A DNA stretch of 63,844 bases from Ignavibacteriota bacterium. GTDB lineage: Bacteria; Bacteroidota; Ignavibacteria; UBA10030; UBA6906. The notes beneath the pieces are model-generated. The model was given only the letters and a program-made list of their open reading frames with translations. It made no database searches and was not told the DNA's origin. The translations under genes and the position numbers were made by a program. Each line of letters begins with the position of its first letter. The first letter of the stretch is position 1. The DNA is taken from NCBI GenBank assembly GCA_003158475.1, contig PMJR01000029.1, positions 1 through 63,844 on the forward strand, given 5' to 3'. Below, piece by piece: positions 20,461 to 31,000 of this stretch.

Positions 20461-22304
20461 CGCTGGAGCACGGCGTGCAGTGGGGGGAGGGCTTGGGGGA
20501 AGGCGATCGGCCTGTGCGGGGCCGGCGGAGCGTCGTAGCGCGTAATCCTCCCCTTCAGGTAACGCTCGATGCAGAGCCCGGCCAGGGGTGCCGCCTGCGT
20601 CCCGCCGAAGCCTGCGTTCTCGATGAGCATCGCCACCGCGATACGCGGATTATCATAGGGGGCAAACCCGACGTACCATGCGTGATCGGGTCCATGCGTG
20701 TTCTGTGCGGTGCCCGTCTTGCCGGCGCTCTGGATTCCCGGGATGCGGGCCATGCCGCCGGTACCGCCGCGTTCCTCGACAACACGGCGCATCCCTTCGC
20801 GGACGACGTTCCATGTGTTCTGGGAAACTTCGATGTGGCGGGTCTGGAATGTCAGCGTATCCACAGCGCGGGGGGATTTCGTCACGATCGCACGAGCAAT
20901 GTGCGGCTGGCGGTATTCACCCTTCGTCGCGAGCGCTGCCGCATAACATGCCATCTGGAGCGGCGTCACGCCGAGCTCTCCCTGGCCGATCCCCAGGCTC
21001 GGGAGGAAACCGCGCGTCCAGCCGCTCTTCCCGTATCGCTTGTCCATGTATGCCGTCGACGGCAGGAGTCCGGGGTTCTCCTCATACATATCGATCCCTG
21101 TCAGTCGTCCGAACCCGAATTCATCGCCGTAATGAGACCATGCATCGAGGCCGGTTTTCATCATCGCCTGATAGAAATAGACGTTGCACGATTGCTGGAT
21201 GGCAGTCACGAGGTCGACGCTCCCGTGCACATGCAGGTCCCTGAACACCTTGTTCCCCATCCGGAACGATCCACCGCAGTTCACGCGCCAGGAAGGGGTG
21301 ACGCTCCCTGTTTCCAGCGCTGCAACGGCAAGAAGCATTTTAAACGTGGACCCCGGGGGATAGCGCGTGAGCGTCGCGCGGTTGAACAGGGGCGCCGCCT
21401 CGTCTTCATTGAGCGATCGCCAGATGTCGGGAGGGGTGACCCCGCTGAATGTGGAGAGGTCGTAATCCGGCTTGCTCACCATTGCCAGAATCCCGCCGTC
21501 CGTGGGATCGATGGCCACAAAAGCGCCCCGCCGGCCGGTCATCAGGGACTCCGCGAAGGCCTGAAGCCCGAAATCCATCGTGAGAATCAGGTCGTTCCCT
21601 TCCACCGCCGGGACATCGTTCTTTCCGTCATCGAATCGTCCGATCACCTGTCCCCGCACATTGACCATGCTGAATTCCGCCCCCTTCTGTCCCCGGAGCG
21701 TCGGTTCGTACCGCGCTTCCAGCCCGGAGGAGCCTACCACGTCACCGGGAGCGTATTCGTCCACCTGCACCTTCATCTGGGATTCGGAAATTTCCTTGGT
21801 GTAGCCGAGCGTATGCGATGCCAGCGCCCGCGTCGTGTACCATCGCTTGGATTCCACCTGGCACTCGACTCCCGGAAGCCTGTCACGGTTTTCTTCCAGT
21901 GCCGCGAGGGTCCTGAAGTCGATGTCCCGTTTGATCTTCACCGGCGCGAAGCGGGAATAGGCCTCGCCCTTCTTGAGCCTGTCGCGAATGAACTCCGGAT
22001 CGAGGGAGAGGAGCCTGGAGAGGTAATCGATGGTGTGCTTGTCGAACTCGAAGGGCATGATCGTCACCGAAAACGCCGGACGGTTATCGACAACCAGCGT
22101 CCCGTTCCGGTCAAAGATGTAGCCGCGCACGGGTTCCTTCGGGATGGTGCGGATGCTGTTCTCTTCCGATTTTCTTCCGTACTCGTCGCTGTAGATCATC
22201 TGCAGCTGAAAGAGGCGGGCGAAAAAGAAGAGGAACATCAGCCCGATGGCGGCATACATCGTGCGGCGCTTGCCAAATACCGCGATATCGTCCTGTTGTG
22301 CCAT
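20457..22304 (-). CDS. mrdA: Penicillin-binding protein 2 (elongasome transpeptidase)
   Basis: 615 aa. N-terminal TM helix, GSTFK (SxxK) and KTGTAQ motifs. Confidence 0.9.
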   Translation of the reverse strand: MAQQDDIAVFGKRRTMYAAIGLMFLFFFARLFQLQMIYSDEYGRKSEENSIRTIPKEPVRGYIFDRNGTLVVDNRPAFSVTIMPFEFDKHTIDYLSRLLSLDPEFIRDRLKKGEAYSRFAPVKIKRDIDFRTLAALEENRDRLPGVECQVESKRWYTTRALASHTLGYTKEISESQMKVQVDEYAPGDVVGSSGLEARYEPTLRGQKGAEFSMVNVRGQVIGRFDDGKNDVPAVEGNDLILTMDFGLQAFAESLMTGRRGAFVAIDPTDGGILAMVSKPDYDLSTFSGVTPPDIWRSLNEDEAAPLFNRATLTRYPPGSTFKMLLAVAALETGSVTPSWRVNCGGSFRMGNKVFRDLHVHGSVDLVTAIQQSCNVYFYQAMMKTGLDAWSHYGDEFGFGRLTGIDMYEENPGLLPSTAYMDKRYGKSGWTRGFLPSLGIGQGELGVTPLQMACYAAALATKGEYRQPHIARAIVTKSPRAVDTLTFQTRHIEVSQNTWNVVREGMRRVVEERGGTGGMARIPGIQSAGKTGTAQNTHGPDHAWYVGFAPYDNPRIAVAMLIENAGFGGTQAAPLAGLCIERYLKGRITRYDAPPAPHRPIAFPQALPPLHAVLQR

Positions 22305-22358
22305 GGCTCCGAGGCGGGATGGAAACCCGGGAGGGCGTGCGAACGGCCGCGCCCCAAC

Positions 22359-22850
22359 CTACAGAAGTGCCCGTCGTGCAAACACGAATGTCGGGATAAG
22401 TCCGACCGCTGCGGTATACAGCGCAGCGGGAATGCCGTACAGGAGGATTGCCTGCCACCAGTGCGCGCCGCTACCCTGCAGAAAGATAATGAAATAAATG
22501 AGATTATGCACCAGCGACACGGAGAGGATAATCAGGATAAAGCGGTAGGAGCCGAGGGTCTGGACCGTCTTGTTCTCATTGAAGAAATAACCCGCCGTGA
22601 AACCCCCGACCGTCTTCGAAAGCGCCGCCAGTCCCAGCATGCCGTCATTGCCGCTGAGCAGATCGAGCACCAGCCCGACAAGAAAACCTGCCACCGTGCC
22701 CGTAATCTGTCCACGCCGGATCGAGAGGTAGACGATCCAGATCAGTGCGATGTCGGGGGAGAATCCCGCCACGGCGAGATACTGGGCGATCGTTGTCTGC
22801 AGAAGAACGACCATGAGGGTCAGCGCGATATCAATGAAGGTCTGGCGCAC
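22359..22850 (-). CDS. mreD: Rod shape-determining protein MreD
   Basis: 163 aa, hydrophobic polytopic protein, GTG start, positioned between mreC and mrdA. Confidence 0.75.
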   Translation of the reverse strand: MRQTFIDIALTLMVVLLQTTIAQYLAVAGFSPDIALIWIVYLSIRRGQITGTVAGFLVGLVLDLLSGNDGMLGLAALSKTVGGFTAGYFFNENKTVQTLGSYRFILIILSVSLVHNLIYFIIFLQGSGAHWWQAILLYGIPAALYTAAVGLIPTFVFARRALL

Positions 22851-22856
22851 GGGCTC

Positions 22857-23687
22857 TCACTCACGTGGCCGGTGTTCCAGCGCAATCCGGTCGCTGTCGG
22901 GTATCGAGGTGATGACAAACACCTCTTCAAGCCGCGAGAAGTCGACGGCGGGCCTGACCTCCACGGACTGGAAGAGCGATCCTTCCGCTCCCCTGGCCGA
23001 TGTAATCACGCCCACCCGTATCCCCGGGGGAAAGAAACTGCTGTATTCCGACGTGATGACGACATCCCCTGCCTGGATGTCGAGCGTTTTCGCGACATCC
23101 TGCAATGCGAGCGTCGAACCGCCTTCCCACCGGATGATCCCGTCCACCCTGCTCCGTTCGATTTTTGCGCTGACGCGGATGTCCTTGTTGTACAGTATCT
23201 GCGCCACCGCGAAACGGCTGCTGGTGGCGACGATCTTCCCGGCCAGGCCGTTCTCGGTCACGATCGGCATGTCCGCCCGCACGCCATTACGTTCACCGGC
23301 ATCCAGCGTCACGGTGTTCCGGAGGAGCTGAAGGTTCTTCCCGATCACGTTGGCGGCGACAAAACCGAATTCCCCCCGTTCTTTCAGACCGAGCAGCTGC
23401 CGCAGCCTCAGATTCTCAAGCCGTGCCTCCCGGAGCCTGTTGACCTCGTCGGCCAGTGTGAGATTGAGTTCCCTCAGCACATGGTTTTCACGCCGGAGGT
23501 CGAAATAGTTCGGGATGATCCCCACGGCATCCTGCAGCGTCCCGACCGACACGACGGCGACGGTCCGGATGGTGCGGATCTGTGGGTCGTCGTTCAGTGC
23601 GAGAAGCGTCACCGAAACGGCAAGGAGCACCCCGACCACGAGGTACTCCTTGAAGAGGAACACAAATTCGTACAGACGTTGTATCAT
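22857..23687 (-). CDS. mreC: Rod shape-determining protein MreC
   Basis: 276 aa. N-terminal TM helix, coiled coil (LRRENHVLRELNLTLADEVNRLREARLEN), beta-rich C-terminus. Position is after mreB. Confidence 0.85.
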   Translation of the reverse strand: MIQRLYEFVFLFKEYLVVGVLLAVSVTLLALNDDPQIRTIRTVAVVSVGTLQDAVGIIPNYFDLRRENHVLRELNLTLADEVNRLREARLENLRLRQLLGLKERGEFGFVAANVIGKNLQLLRNTVTLDAGERNGVRADMPIVTENGLAGKIVATSSRFAVAQILYNKDIRVSAKIERSRVDGIIRWEGGSTLALQDVAKTLDIQAGDVVITSEYSSFFPPGIRVGVITSARGAEGSLFQSVEVRPAVDFSRLEEVFVITSIPDSDRIALEHRPRE

Positions 23688-23693
23688 AGGAAC

Positions 23694-24719
23694 TCAGTAA
23701 CGGCGGCTCTTGATAAGCACTTTCGAGTACTTGCCGAGATTGTCCAGGACCTTCCCCGTCCCGCGGACCACCGCCGTCAGCGGATCCTCGGCGACATGGA
23801 CCGGCAGACTCGTCTCCAGGCGGAGCCGCTCGTCCAGCCCCTTCAGAAGTGCTCCCCCTCCGCTCAGCATCACGCCCCGGTCCAGTATGTCGGCCGAGAG
23901 TTCGGGGGGGGTACGTTCGAGCGTCAGCTTCACTGCCTGGACGATCTGCAGCACGGCCTCGCTGAGCGCTTCCCGTATCTCGACCGAACTTGCCTCCGTG
24001 GTTTTGGGGATGCCGTTGACAAGGTCGCGCCCCTTCACCTGGATCGTGACCTCCTCCTTCATGGGCATGGCGGAGCCCACCTCGCACTTGATCGCTTCGG
24101 CCGTCCGCTCGCCGATGAGGATGTTGTGGTTCTTCTTGAAGAACTGGATGATCGCATTGTTCATCTCATCCCCCGCGATGCGGACGGATTCTTCGTTCAC
24201 GATGCCGGAGAGTGCGATAACGGCGATTTCCGTCGTCCCGCCGCCGATGTCGACGATCATGTTGCCGACCGGAGCCTCGACATCCAGTCCCACGCCGATC
24301 GCGGCCGCCATCGGCTCCGCGATCAGGTGCACTTCCTTCGCGCCCGCGTGTTCCGCGGAATCCCTCACGGCCCGTTTCTCGACCTCGGTCACGCCGCTGG
24401 GGACGCACACGACGATCCGACGGCTCGGCATCCAGTTGGCATGAATCTTCTTGATGAATTCACGGAGCATTCCCTCCGCCATCTCGAAGTCGGCGATCAC
24501 CCCGTCCTTCATCGGGCGAATCGTGCGGATATCCCTGTGTGTCCTTCCGAGCATTTCCTGGGCTTCCTTGCCGATGGCAACGATCCTCTTGGTGTTCCGG
24601 TCGAACGCCACGATCGAGGGTTCGTTCAGCACGATCCCCTTTCCTTTGACGTAGATGAGAGTATTTGCGGTCCCGAGATCGATCGCAAGATCTGCGGAGA
24701 ACAGCGAGAACATGCCCAT
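23694..24719 (-). CDS. mreB: Actin-like rod shape protein MreB
   Basis: Motifs: DLGTANTLIYVKGKGIVLNEPS and VDIGGGTTEIAV. I place the start at MGMFSLF (ATG 24719). The longer track ORF (to 24827) would overlap the purH 3' end. Confidence 0.9.
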   Translation of the reverse strand: MGMFSLFSADLAIDLGTANTLIYVKGKGIVLNEPSIVAFDRNTKRIVAIGKEAQEMLGRTHRDIRTIRPMKDGVIADFEMAEGMLREFIKKIHANWMPSRRIVVCVPSGVTEVEKRAVRDSAEHAGAKEVHLIAEPMAAAIGVGLDVEAPVGNMIVDIGGGTTEIAVIALSGIVNEESVRIAGDEMNNAIIQFFKKNHNILIGERTAEAIKCEVGSAMPMKEEVTIQVKGRDLVNGIPKTTEASSVEIREALSEAVLQIVQAVKLTLERTPPELSADILDRGVMLSGGGALLKGLDERLRLETSLPVHVAEDPLTAVVRGTGKVLDNLGKYSKVLIKSRRY

Positions 24720-24774
24720 GGGGGAGCGAAGACGATTAGTGATGGATGTACTGACAGTGGCGCCTCTGGCGCCA

Positions 24775-26316
24775 CTAGTGGCGAAAATGCCGTGTACCTG
24801 TAAAGACCATTGCAATGCCATTGTCATCGGCGGCAGCGATGACTTCTCCGTCGCGCACGGATCCCCCCGGCTGGATCACCGCGGTGGAGCCGGCGCGGAC
24901 CGCCTCCAGAAGCCCGTCCGAAAACGGAAAGAAGGCGTCGGAGGCAACCGCCGAGCCCTGCAGGTTGAGCCCCGCATCCTTTGCCTTTGCGGCCGCAATC
25001 CTTGCTGATTCCACGCGCGACATCTGACCTGCGCCGACGCCCAGCGTCCTGTCCGCGGCGGCATAGACGATGGCGTTGGATTTCACGTGTTTCGCCACGC
25101 GCCACGCGAAGCGGAGAGCGTCCGTTTCTGCGTCGGTGGGGGCGCGGCGCGTCACGACGCGGAACCCCTCCCCTTTTGTCTCCCCGGTATCGGGATCCTG
25201 CATGAGGAACCCCCCCGGCACGCTCCGGATATCCGGGTCACGCCTCCCGCGGAGGTCGGCGCGGACCTCGACGATCCTCCGGTCCTTCTTCTTGCGAAGG
25301 AACTCGAGGACATCCGCCGGGATCCCGGGTGCGAGAATGACCTCCGTGAACACCTCGTTGATCCGCACGGCGGATTCCATATCGAGCGGCCGGTTCAGCG
25401 CCACGATGCCGCCGAAAGCGGACGTCGTGTCGGTCGCAAGCGCCTTCCCGTAAGCATCGCCGATCGTCGCGGCTGTGCCGACGCCGCACGGGTTCGTGTG
25501 TTTGATGATGGCGGCGGTTGGCCCATCGAACTCGGCCACGAGCGATGCCGCCGCCGACATATCCACGATGTTGTTGTACGAGAGCTCCTTGCCGTGAAGA
25601 GTGCGGAACAGTGACGAGAACTTCCCGTACAGCGTTCCCCGCTGGTGGGGATTCTCCCCGTAGCGGAGGTCATACTCCCTGGCGGCAAGAATTCTCAGCA
25701 TCGCGGGATGCCCCTCCGCAGGCCCGGTCCGGTGCTCGAGGTAATCGGCGATGGCTGCATCGTACAGAGCGGTGCGCCGGAACACCTCGCATGCCAGAGC
25801 CGCACACGTCGTCTCGGATACACATCCGTCGGAGGATTTCATCTCTGCGACGATGCCGGGGTACCGGTCCGGGTTCACGATCACCGCCTTGTGGCGGAAA
25901 TTCTTGGAGGCCGAACGGAGCATTGACGGTCCCCCAATATCGATCTGCTCCAGGGCTTCCTCAAGTGTCGCGCCCGGGTGCGCGATCGATTCTTCGAAAG
26001 GGTAGAGATTGACAACCACCATGTCGATCGGCTCGATCCCCAGCTCCGTCGTCTGGCGCATGTGGTCGGGGTCGTCGGGGAGTGCCAGGAGGGCCCCGTG
26101 GATCCGCGGATGGAGGGTCTTCACGCGCCCGCCGAGGATCTCCGGGAATCCCGTCACGTCGGACACGTTCCGGACATCGATCCCGGCCCCGCGCAACGCA
26201 GAAGCGGTCCCACCGGTGGAGATGATCTCGACTGCCATCTCCCTCAGGGCGAGCGCGAATTCAACCAACCCGCGCTTGTCGGAAACACTGATCAGAGCGC
26301 GACGGATCTTGGGCAC
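24775..26316 (-). CDS. purH: Bifunctional AICAR transformylase / IMP cyclohydrolase
   Basis: 513 aa. Motifs: [16 protein letters not shown]...STGGTA and [11 protein letters not shown]. Confidence 0.92.
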   Translation of the reverse strand: MPKIRRALISVSDKRGLVEFALALREMAVEIISTGGTASALRGAGIDVRNVSDVTGFPEILGGRVKTLHPRIHGALLALPDDPDHMRQTTELGIEPIDMVVVNLYPFEESIAHPGATLEEALEQIDIGGPSMLRSASKNFRHKAVIVNPDRYPGIVAEMKSSDGCVSETTCAALACEVFRRTALYDAAIADYLEHRTGPAEGHPAMLRILAAREYDLRYGENPHQRGTLYGKFSSLFRTLHGKELSYNNIVDMSAAASLVAEFDGPTAAIIKHTNPCGVGTAATIGDAYGKALATDTTSAFGGIVALNRPLDMESAVRINEVFTEVILAPGIPADVLEFLRKKKDRRIVEVRADLRGRRDPDIRSVPGGFLMQDPDTGETKGEGFRVVTRRAPTDAETDALRFAWRVAKHVKSNAIVYAAADRTLGVGAGQMSRVESARIAAAKAKDAGLNLQGSAVASDAFFPFSDGLLEAVRAGSTAVIQPGGSVRDGEVIAAADDNGIAMVFTGTRHFRH

Positions 26317-26336
26317 AATACTCTCCTGCGATACGA

Positions 26337-26948
26337 TTAATTGCGATGATGCCCGGGGGTTCTTTCGTTCAGCGCGATCCGCCTGATCGCTGCGGGATAG
26401 AGTTCATGTTCCGCTGCCAGAACCCGTGCGGCGAGCAACTCTGGTGTATCCCCGGGAAGAACGGGGACCGTCTGCTGCAGCACCACCGGTCCGTGGTCGT
26501 ACTCTTCATCGACGTAGTGAACGGTCGCCCCGCTTGTCGTGTCTCCCGCGGCCAGCACCGCCTCGTGCACGCGCATTCCGTACATCCCGGCCCCCCCGAA
26601 CCGTGGCAGGAGGGCGGGATGTATGTTGACGATTCTCCCCCGGTACGCGCCGACGACAACCGGGGGCACCTGCTTCATGTAACCGGCCAGCGCGATGAAG
26701 TTCACACCGTGATCACCCAGCGTGGACAGGATCGTGTCGGCGAACGACCGTTCGTCAGGAAACTGCTTCCGGCTCAGATGAATGGCGGGGAGAGCGTTGG
26801 CCCGGGCGATGCCGAGTATGCCCGCGCCGGAGTTATTGCTGAGAACCAGAGAAATTCGGGCGGCCGGGATATCCCCCTGCTGGATAGCCGTCAGGATCGC
26901 CCTGAAGTTCGATCCGGCCCCGGAACCAAATACGGCGATACTCAGCAT
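26337..26948 (-). CDS. purN: Phosphoribosylglycinamide formyltransferase
   Basis: Motifs: IAVFGSGAGSNF and VNIHPALLPRFGG. The start is probably Met9 of the track ORF (26948) rather than 26972. Confidence 0.88.
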   Translation of the reverse strand: MLSIAVFGSGAGSNFRAILTAIQQGDIPAARISLVLSNNSGAGILGIARANALPAIHLSRKQFPDERSFADTILSTLGDHGVNFIALAGYMKQVPPVVVGAYRGRIVNIHPALLPRFGGAGMYGMRVHEAVLAAGDTTSGATVHYVDEEYDHGPVVLQQTVPVLPGDTPELLAARVLAAEHELYPAAIRRIALNERTPGHHRN

Positions 26949-27014
26949 GCAAAAAACTACGACAAATTTCAAAGAAATTCAAGGAGAGGACCCCGGGCCG
27001 CGCCGGAAGGGTGG

Positions 27015-27956
27015 TCATGCAGTTGCGGGCTCAAGGAGAGTTATCACTCCCTCATCGGCGTCCAGCATGGCCCGGATGCCGACAGGGACGGTCACCATCC
27101 GCTTTTCATGACCGATCGGAAACCCGGTCATAAAAGGCTTTCCCGTGCTTTCCGCCATTCCGGCCATGATTGAATCGAGAGGAAGAGACGGGGTGGCAGG
27201 GTCTCTGGGAACGCAATCGGTGAAATGCCCCATTGCAACGCCGCTTGAACGGGAGAGGGCTCCGGCGTTCCCCAGTTGCGTCAGCATCCTGTCCACACGG
27301 TAGGGATCCTCGCCGATCTCCTCGAGGAAGAGAATTCCCCTGCGGAGGTCCGGCATGTACGGTGTCCCGAGCAACGAGACGAGAAGCGAAAGATTCCCTC
27401 CGAGCAGCCGGCCCGTCCCCCTCCCGGGGTACTTCACCCGCGTGGGGGATCCCTCGGCCAGCGCGAGCGTTGCGCGCCGGGTCGGCGACGTGAGAATTCT
27501 CCAGAGAGACTCCTCTGCAAACGGGTCCACGTCGACGGCCATATCCACCGCGAGCATCGGCCCGTGGTACGTCACCAGCCGGCACTTCCTCCAGATTGCA
27601 AGTGCGAGTGCCGTGATGTCGCTGTACCCCACGAGTATCTTGGGGTTCCTGGCGATGAGGCGGTAATCGATGCGGGAGAGAAGGCGGGGGGTGCCATACC
27701 CGCCGCGCGCACAGAAGATCCCCCTGACTTTTCTGTCCCTGAACATCGCGTGTATGTCATCCGCACGCTCACCGTCCGTGCCGGCAAGATATCCCAGGCG
27801 TCCTGACGCGTTGCGGCCCACCGTCGTCCGGTACCCGAGTCCTTCGAGATAGCGCACCCCCATCTCGATCCGGGATGGATCATGCACAGGGCTCGCCGGG
27901 CAAATGATGCCGATCAGATCCCCCTTCTTCAGCCGTTGCGGGACAAGCACCTTCAT
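27015..27956 (-). CDS. ldcA: LD-carboxypeptidase (S66, muramoyl-tetrapeptide carboxypeptidase)
   Basis: Motifs: GDLIGIICPASP, RGGYG and GYSDITAL. Start taken at MKVLVPQ (27956). Confidence 0.8.
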   Translation of the reverse strand: MKVLVPQRLKKGDLIGIICPASPVHDPSRIEMGVRYLEGLGYRTTVGRNASGRLGYLAGTDGERADDIHAMFRDRKVRGIFCARGGYGTPRLLSRIDYRLIARNPKILVGYSDITALALAIWRKCRLVTYHGPMLAVDMAVDVDPFAEESLWRILTSPTRRATLALAEGSPTRVKYPGRGTGRLLGGNLSLLVSLLGTPYMPDLRRGILFLEEIGEDPYRVDRMLTQLGNAGALSRSSGVAMGHFTDCVPRDPATPSLPLDSIMAGMAESTGKPFMTGFPIGHEKRMVTVPVGIRAMLDADEGVITLLEPATA

Positions 27957-28091
27957 ACATGTTCTCCACTTCAAGAGAATAGCTCAGCCAGGAAGATAGC
28001 CTTTTTTTGCCACATTTGAAAAATCGCAGTATTCCGAATGGACGGGATTGTCCGTATATTGTTCTCATCCATCGAACAATAAGGGAGTTGT

Positions 28092-31000
28092 GTGCTCCGA
28101 CGCTGCGTCCTGCCTCTTGTACTGCTCTTCGTTCTGATCACGAATGCACCGGCTGCCTCCGGGGACGAAGGATCGCCGACAAAAGTCCTTATCATCGTCG
28201 AAGGCGGGACCTCCATGAGGAGCTCCGCCATCGCTCGCGGGCGGGAGCTCGCGACCCTTCTCGGGCACTTCAATGCGACAAGCCGCGTCCTCGGTGTAGA
28301 CGAATACGTCCCGCACACGTTCTCCCGGTACGATCTTGTCTTCTACATCGGGTTTAGTGCCGTCTACACGCCCCCGGTGAGGTTCCAGGACGACGTCCTC
28401 TCGTCCCCCACGCCGGTCATATGGATGGACACCGGATTTCACGAATTCTCCTCCCGCCCGGAGGTGAAGAAAAAATACGGGTTCAGCGTCTCCCATATCG
28501 ACTCCCTCGGCGTCTTCGACGTGGTCCGTGCCGGCGACCTCACGTTCACGAAGGGGGAGCCGAACATCAACATGATCGAAATCGCCGACAGGAAGAAAGT
28601 GACCGTCATTGCCACCGCCCTTTCCTCCGGCAAGAATTGGGAAATCCCCTACATGGTCCGCTCGGGGAATCTCCTGTATATCGCGGACTGCCCGTTTGCC
28701 TCGGCGACAGAAACCGACCGGTACCTGTATTTTGCCGACATGCTCCACGACCTCCTCCGGCAGCCTCACGAGGCATCACACACCGCGCTGATACGTATCG
28801 AGGACGTCAATCCGCTGGAAAACCCCGCGAAACTCCGTGAGATTGCCGACATTCTCTCCTCGCGCAATATCCCCTTCCTTGTCGGTGTCATCCCCATTTA
28901 CGTCAGTCCCGGCGAAGGAATCAGGGTCACCCTCTCCGACAGGCCCGACCTCGTTGACGCCCTCAAATACATGGTGCAGAACGGCGGCACGATCGTGATG
29001 CACGGCGTGACGCATCAGTACCGGGGTACCACGGCGGTGGACTACGAATTCTGGGATGAAACCACCAACCGCGCAGTCAGGGAGGAAACCGTCGAGGGGA
29101 TTACGCACAAGCTCGACATGGGAATTCAGGAGTTCATGAAGAACGGGCTCTATCCGCTGGTATGGGAGACCCCGCATTACACGGCCTCCACAAAACTGTA
29201 CGAGACGGTCAGCAAGTACTTCAGTACCGCCATGGAGCAGAGGCTGGCGATCGAGGATGCCGAAGCGGGACAGTATTTTCCCTACATGATAAACAGAGAC
29301 CTGTACGGGCAGCGCATCATCCCGGAGAACCTGGGGTACGTCCCGCTTGACCCCGATCCTGCCGTGGGGGAGGCGGCCGTGCGGCGCATCATCGCTGCGG
29401 CCAGGATCAACCTGGCCGTGCGCGACGGGTTTGCATCCTGCTTCTTTCACGCCTTCGTCGACCTTGGCCTGTTGAAAGAGATCGTGGACGGCGTGCAGGC
29501 GCTCGGTTACACCTACATGGATGTCAAAGATCTCACGCACTGGGTCAGGTTGAAAGACCGGATCATCCTGTGCGGCTCCCAGGATTACACAATCACGCTC
29601 GACGACCAGTACCTGCAGGAGACCACGTTTGACAGGAACGGCGACATCATTGCCACGACGACGTCGGAAAAACGGATCAAAGGGGCGGTGACGCGCCACA
29701 TCACGCTGGAGCAGGGGCAGATATACAAGGCAGAGCCGGCAGAAATGAGAGAGAAAAGTCCGTCCCTCGCCGAACGAGTCCTCAGCGGTGCGGGGAAGGT
29801 GTATGAACGCCTGACCGGGCAGGAGGAATCATGGCAGGAAGCACGTGTGGCCATACTCTGGAATCAATTTGCGGAGGGGGCGGCATTCAACGACCAGGCC
29901 TCCTTTGCCGGGGTCATGAAGAGCGTGAACATCGTCCTGGACACGCTCTTCGTCGGTCAGAAGGTCAACCCCGGTCCGTACAACCTCCTGTTCGTTCCCT
30001 ACACCTTCGTTGATTCGCTCAGTGACGAAGACCACGATGCCATCACCCGGTTCGTCAGGGAGGGGGGATGTGTCGTCACCGACATGCCCACGGAGCTCTC
30101 CAAGGAACTGGGCATTACCTCGGGAGAAACGCGCCTGAAGGTCACGCATGTCCGGGACCGCATGTTCCCGGATGAGCGGATCGTCTGGCGTTATGCAGAG
30201 CTGGCGACGAAGTTCGACGCCGAGGAGATCGAGGAGGTCTTTTGCGTCGACCAGGACTCCGACGCGCCTCTGGCCGTCGGTAAATCGTTCGGCAAGGGGA
30301 AGGTCATCTATTTCGCGACCCGGTTCGATCCGCGCTCGCGCGAGGGATACAGCCTCTATCCCTATCTCCTCGAGTACATCGGTAAGTACTTCCGGCTCGG
30401 TCCCGTGGTGCGGCACGACCGCCTCGAGGTCTATTTTGAGCCGGGCTCGAGGGCCCGCACGATGAGCACCGAGGCGCTTGTGAAACAATGGGTGCGCCTC
30501 GGTGTCAGCATCCTGCACGTCTCCGGGTGGCATGAGTACCCGAAATACACGTACGACTATCAGCGGCTGATCACTCTCGCTCACGCAAACGGGATCCTGG
30601 TCTATGCGTGGATTGAGCCGCCGCAGGTCAGCCAGAAATTCTGGAACGAGCATCCGGAGTGGCGCGAAAAGAACGTGGACGACGCCGACACCCGGGCCTC
30701 CTGGCGGTACCCGGTCGCGTTGACCGACACGGCATGCCTCCGCGCGATGGCAGCGGAGTACCGGAAGCTTCTCGGGCAGTTCGACTGGGACGGTGTGGAC
30801 CTGGCCGAGCTTTACTTTGAATCCGGCCGCGGGTTCCAGGATCCACTTTTGTTCACCCCGATGCATCCGTCCGCGCTCGCCGACTTCAGGAAGAAACACC
30901 GGTTCGATCTCGACGAGGTTCTCGATTCGACGTCCGTCTATTACTGGAAGGTGAATCCGGATGCCCGACGGCTCGTCGTGGAATACAGGGTAAAAGCCCT

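Noticed and set aside
20475-24803. 1442-aa ORF on the plus strand, the longest ORF in the window
   Set aside because: It is a shadow ORF antisense to mrdA, mreD, mreC and mreB. Its translation is Arg/His/Pro/Gly/Asp-rich low-complexity sequence with no recognisable motif. The opposite strand encodes five textbook proteins with intact catalytic motifs. Long antisense ORFs of this kind are expected in high-GC DNA.
24720-24827. N-terminal 36-codon extension of the MreB ORF
   Set aside because: The extension overlaps the purH 3' end (purH stop at 24775) and is not MreB-like. The canonical MreB N-terminus starts at MGMFSLFSADLAIDLGTANT (24719).
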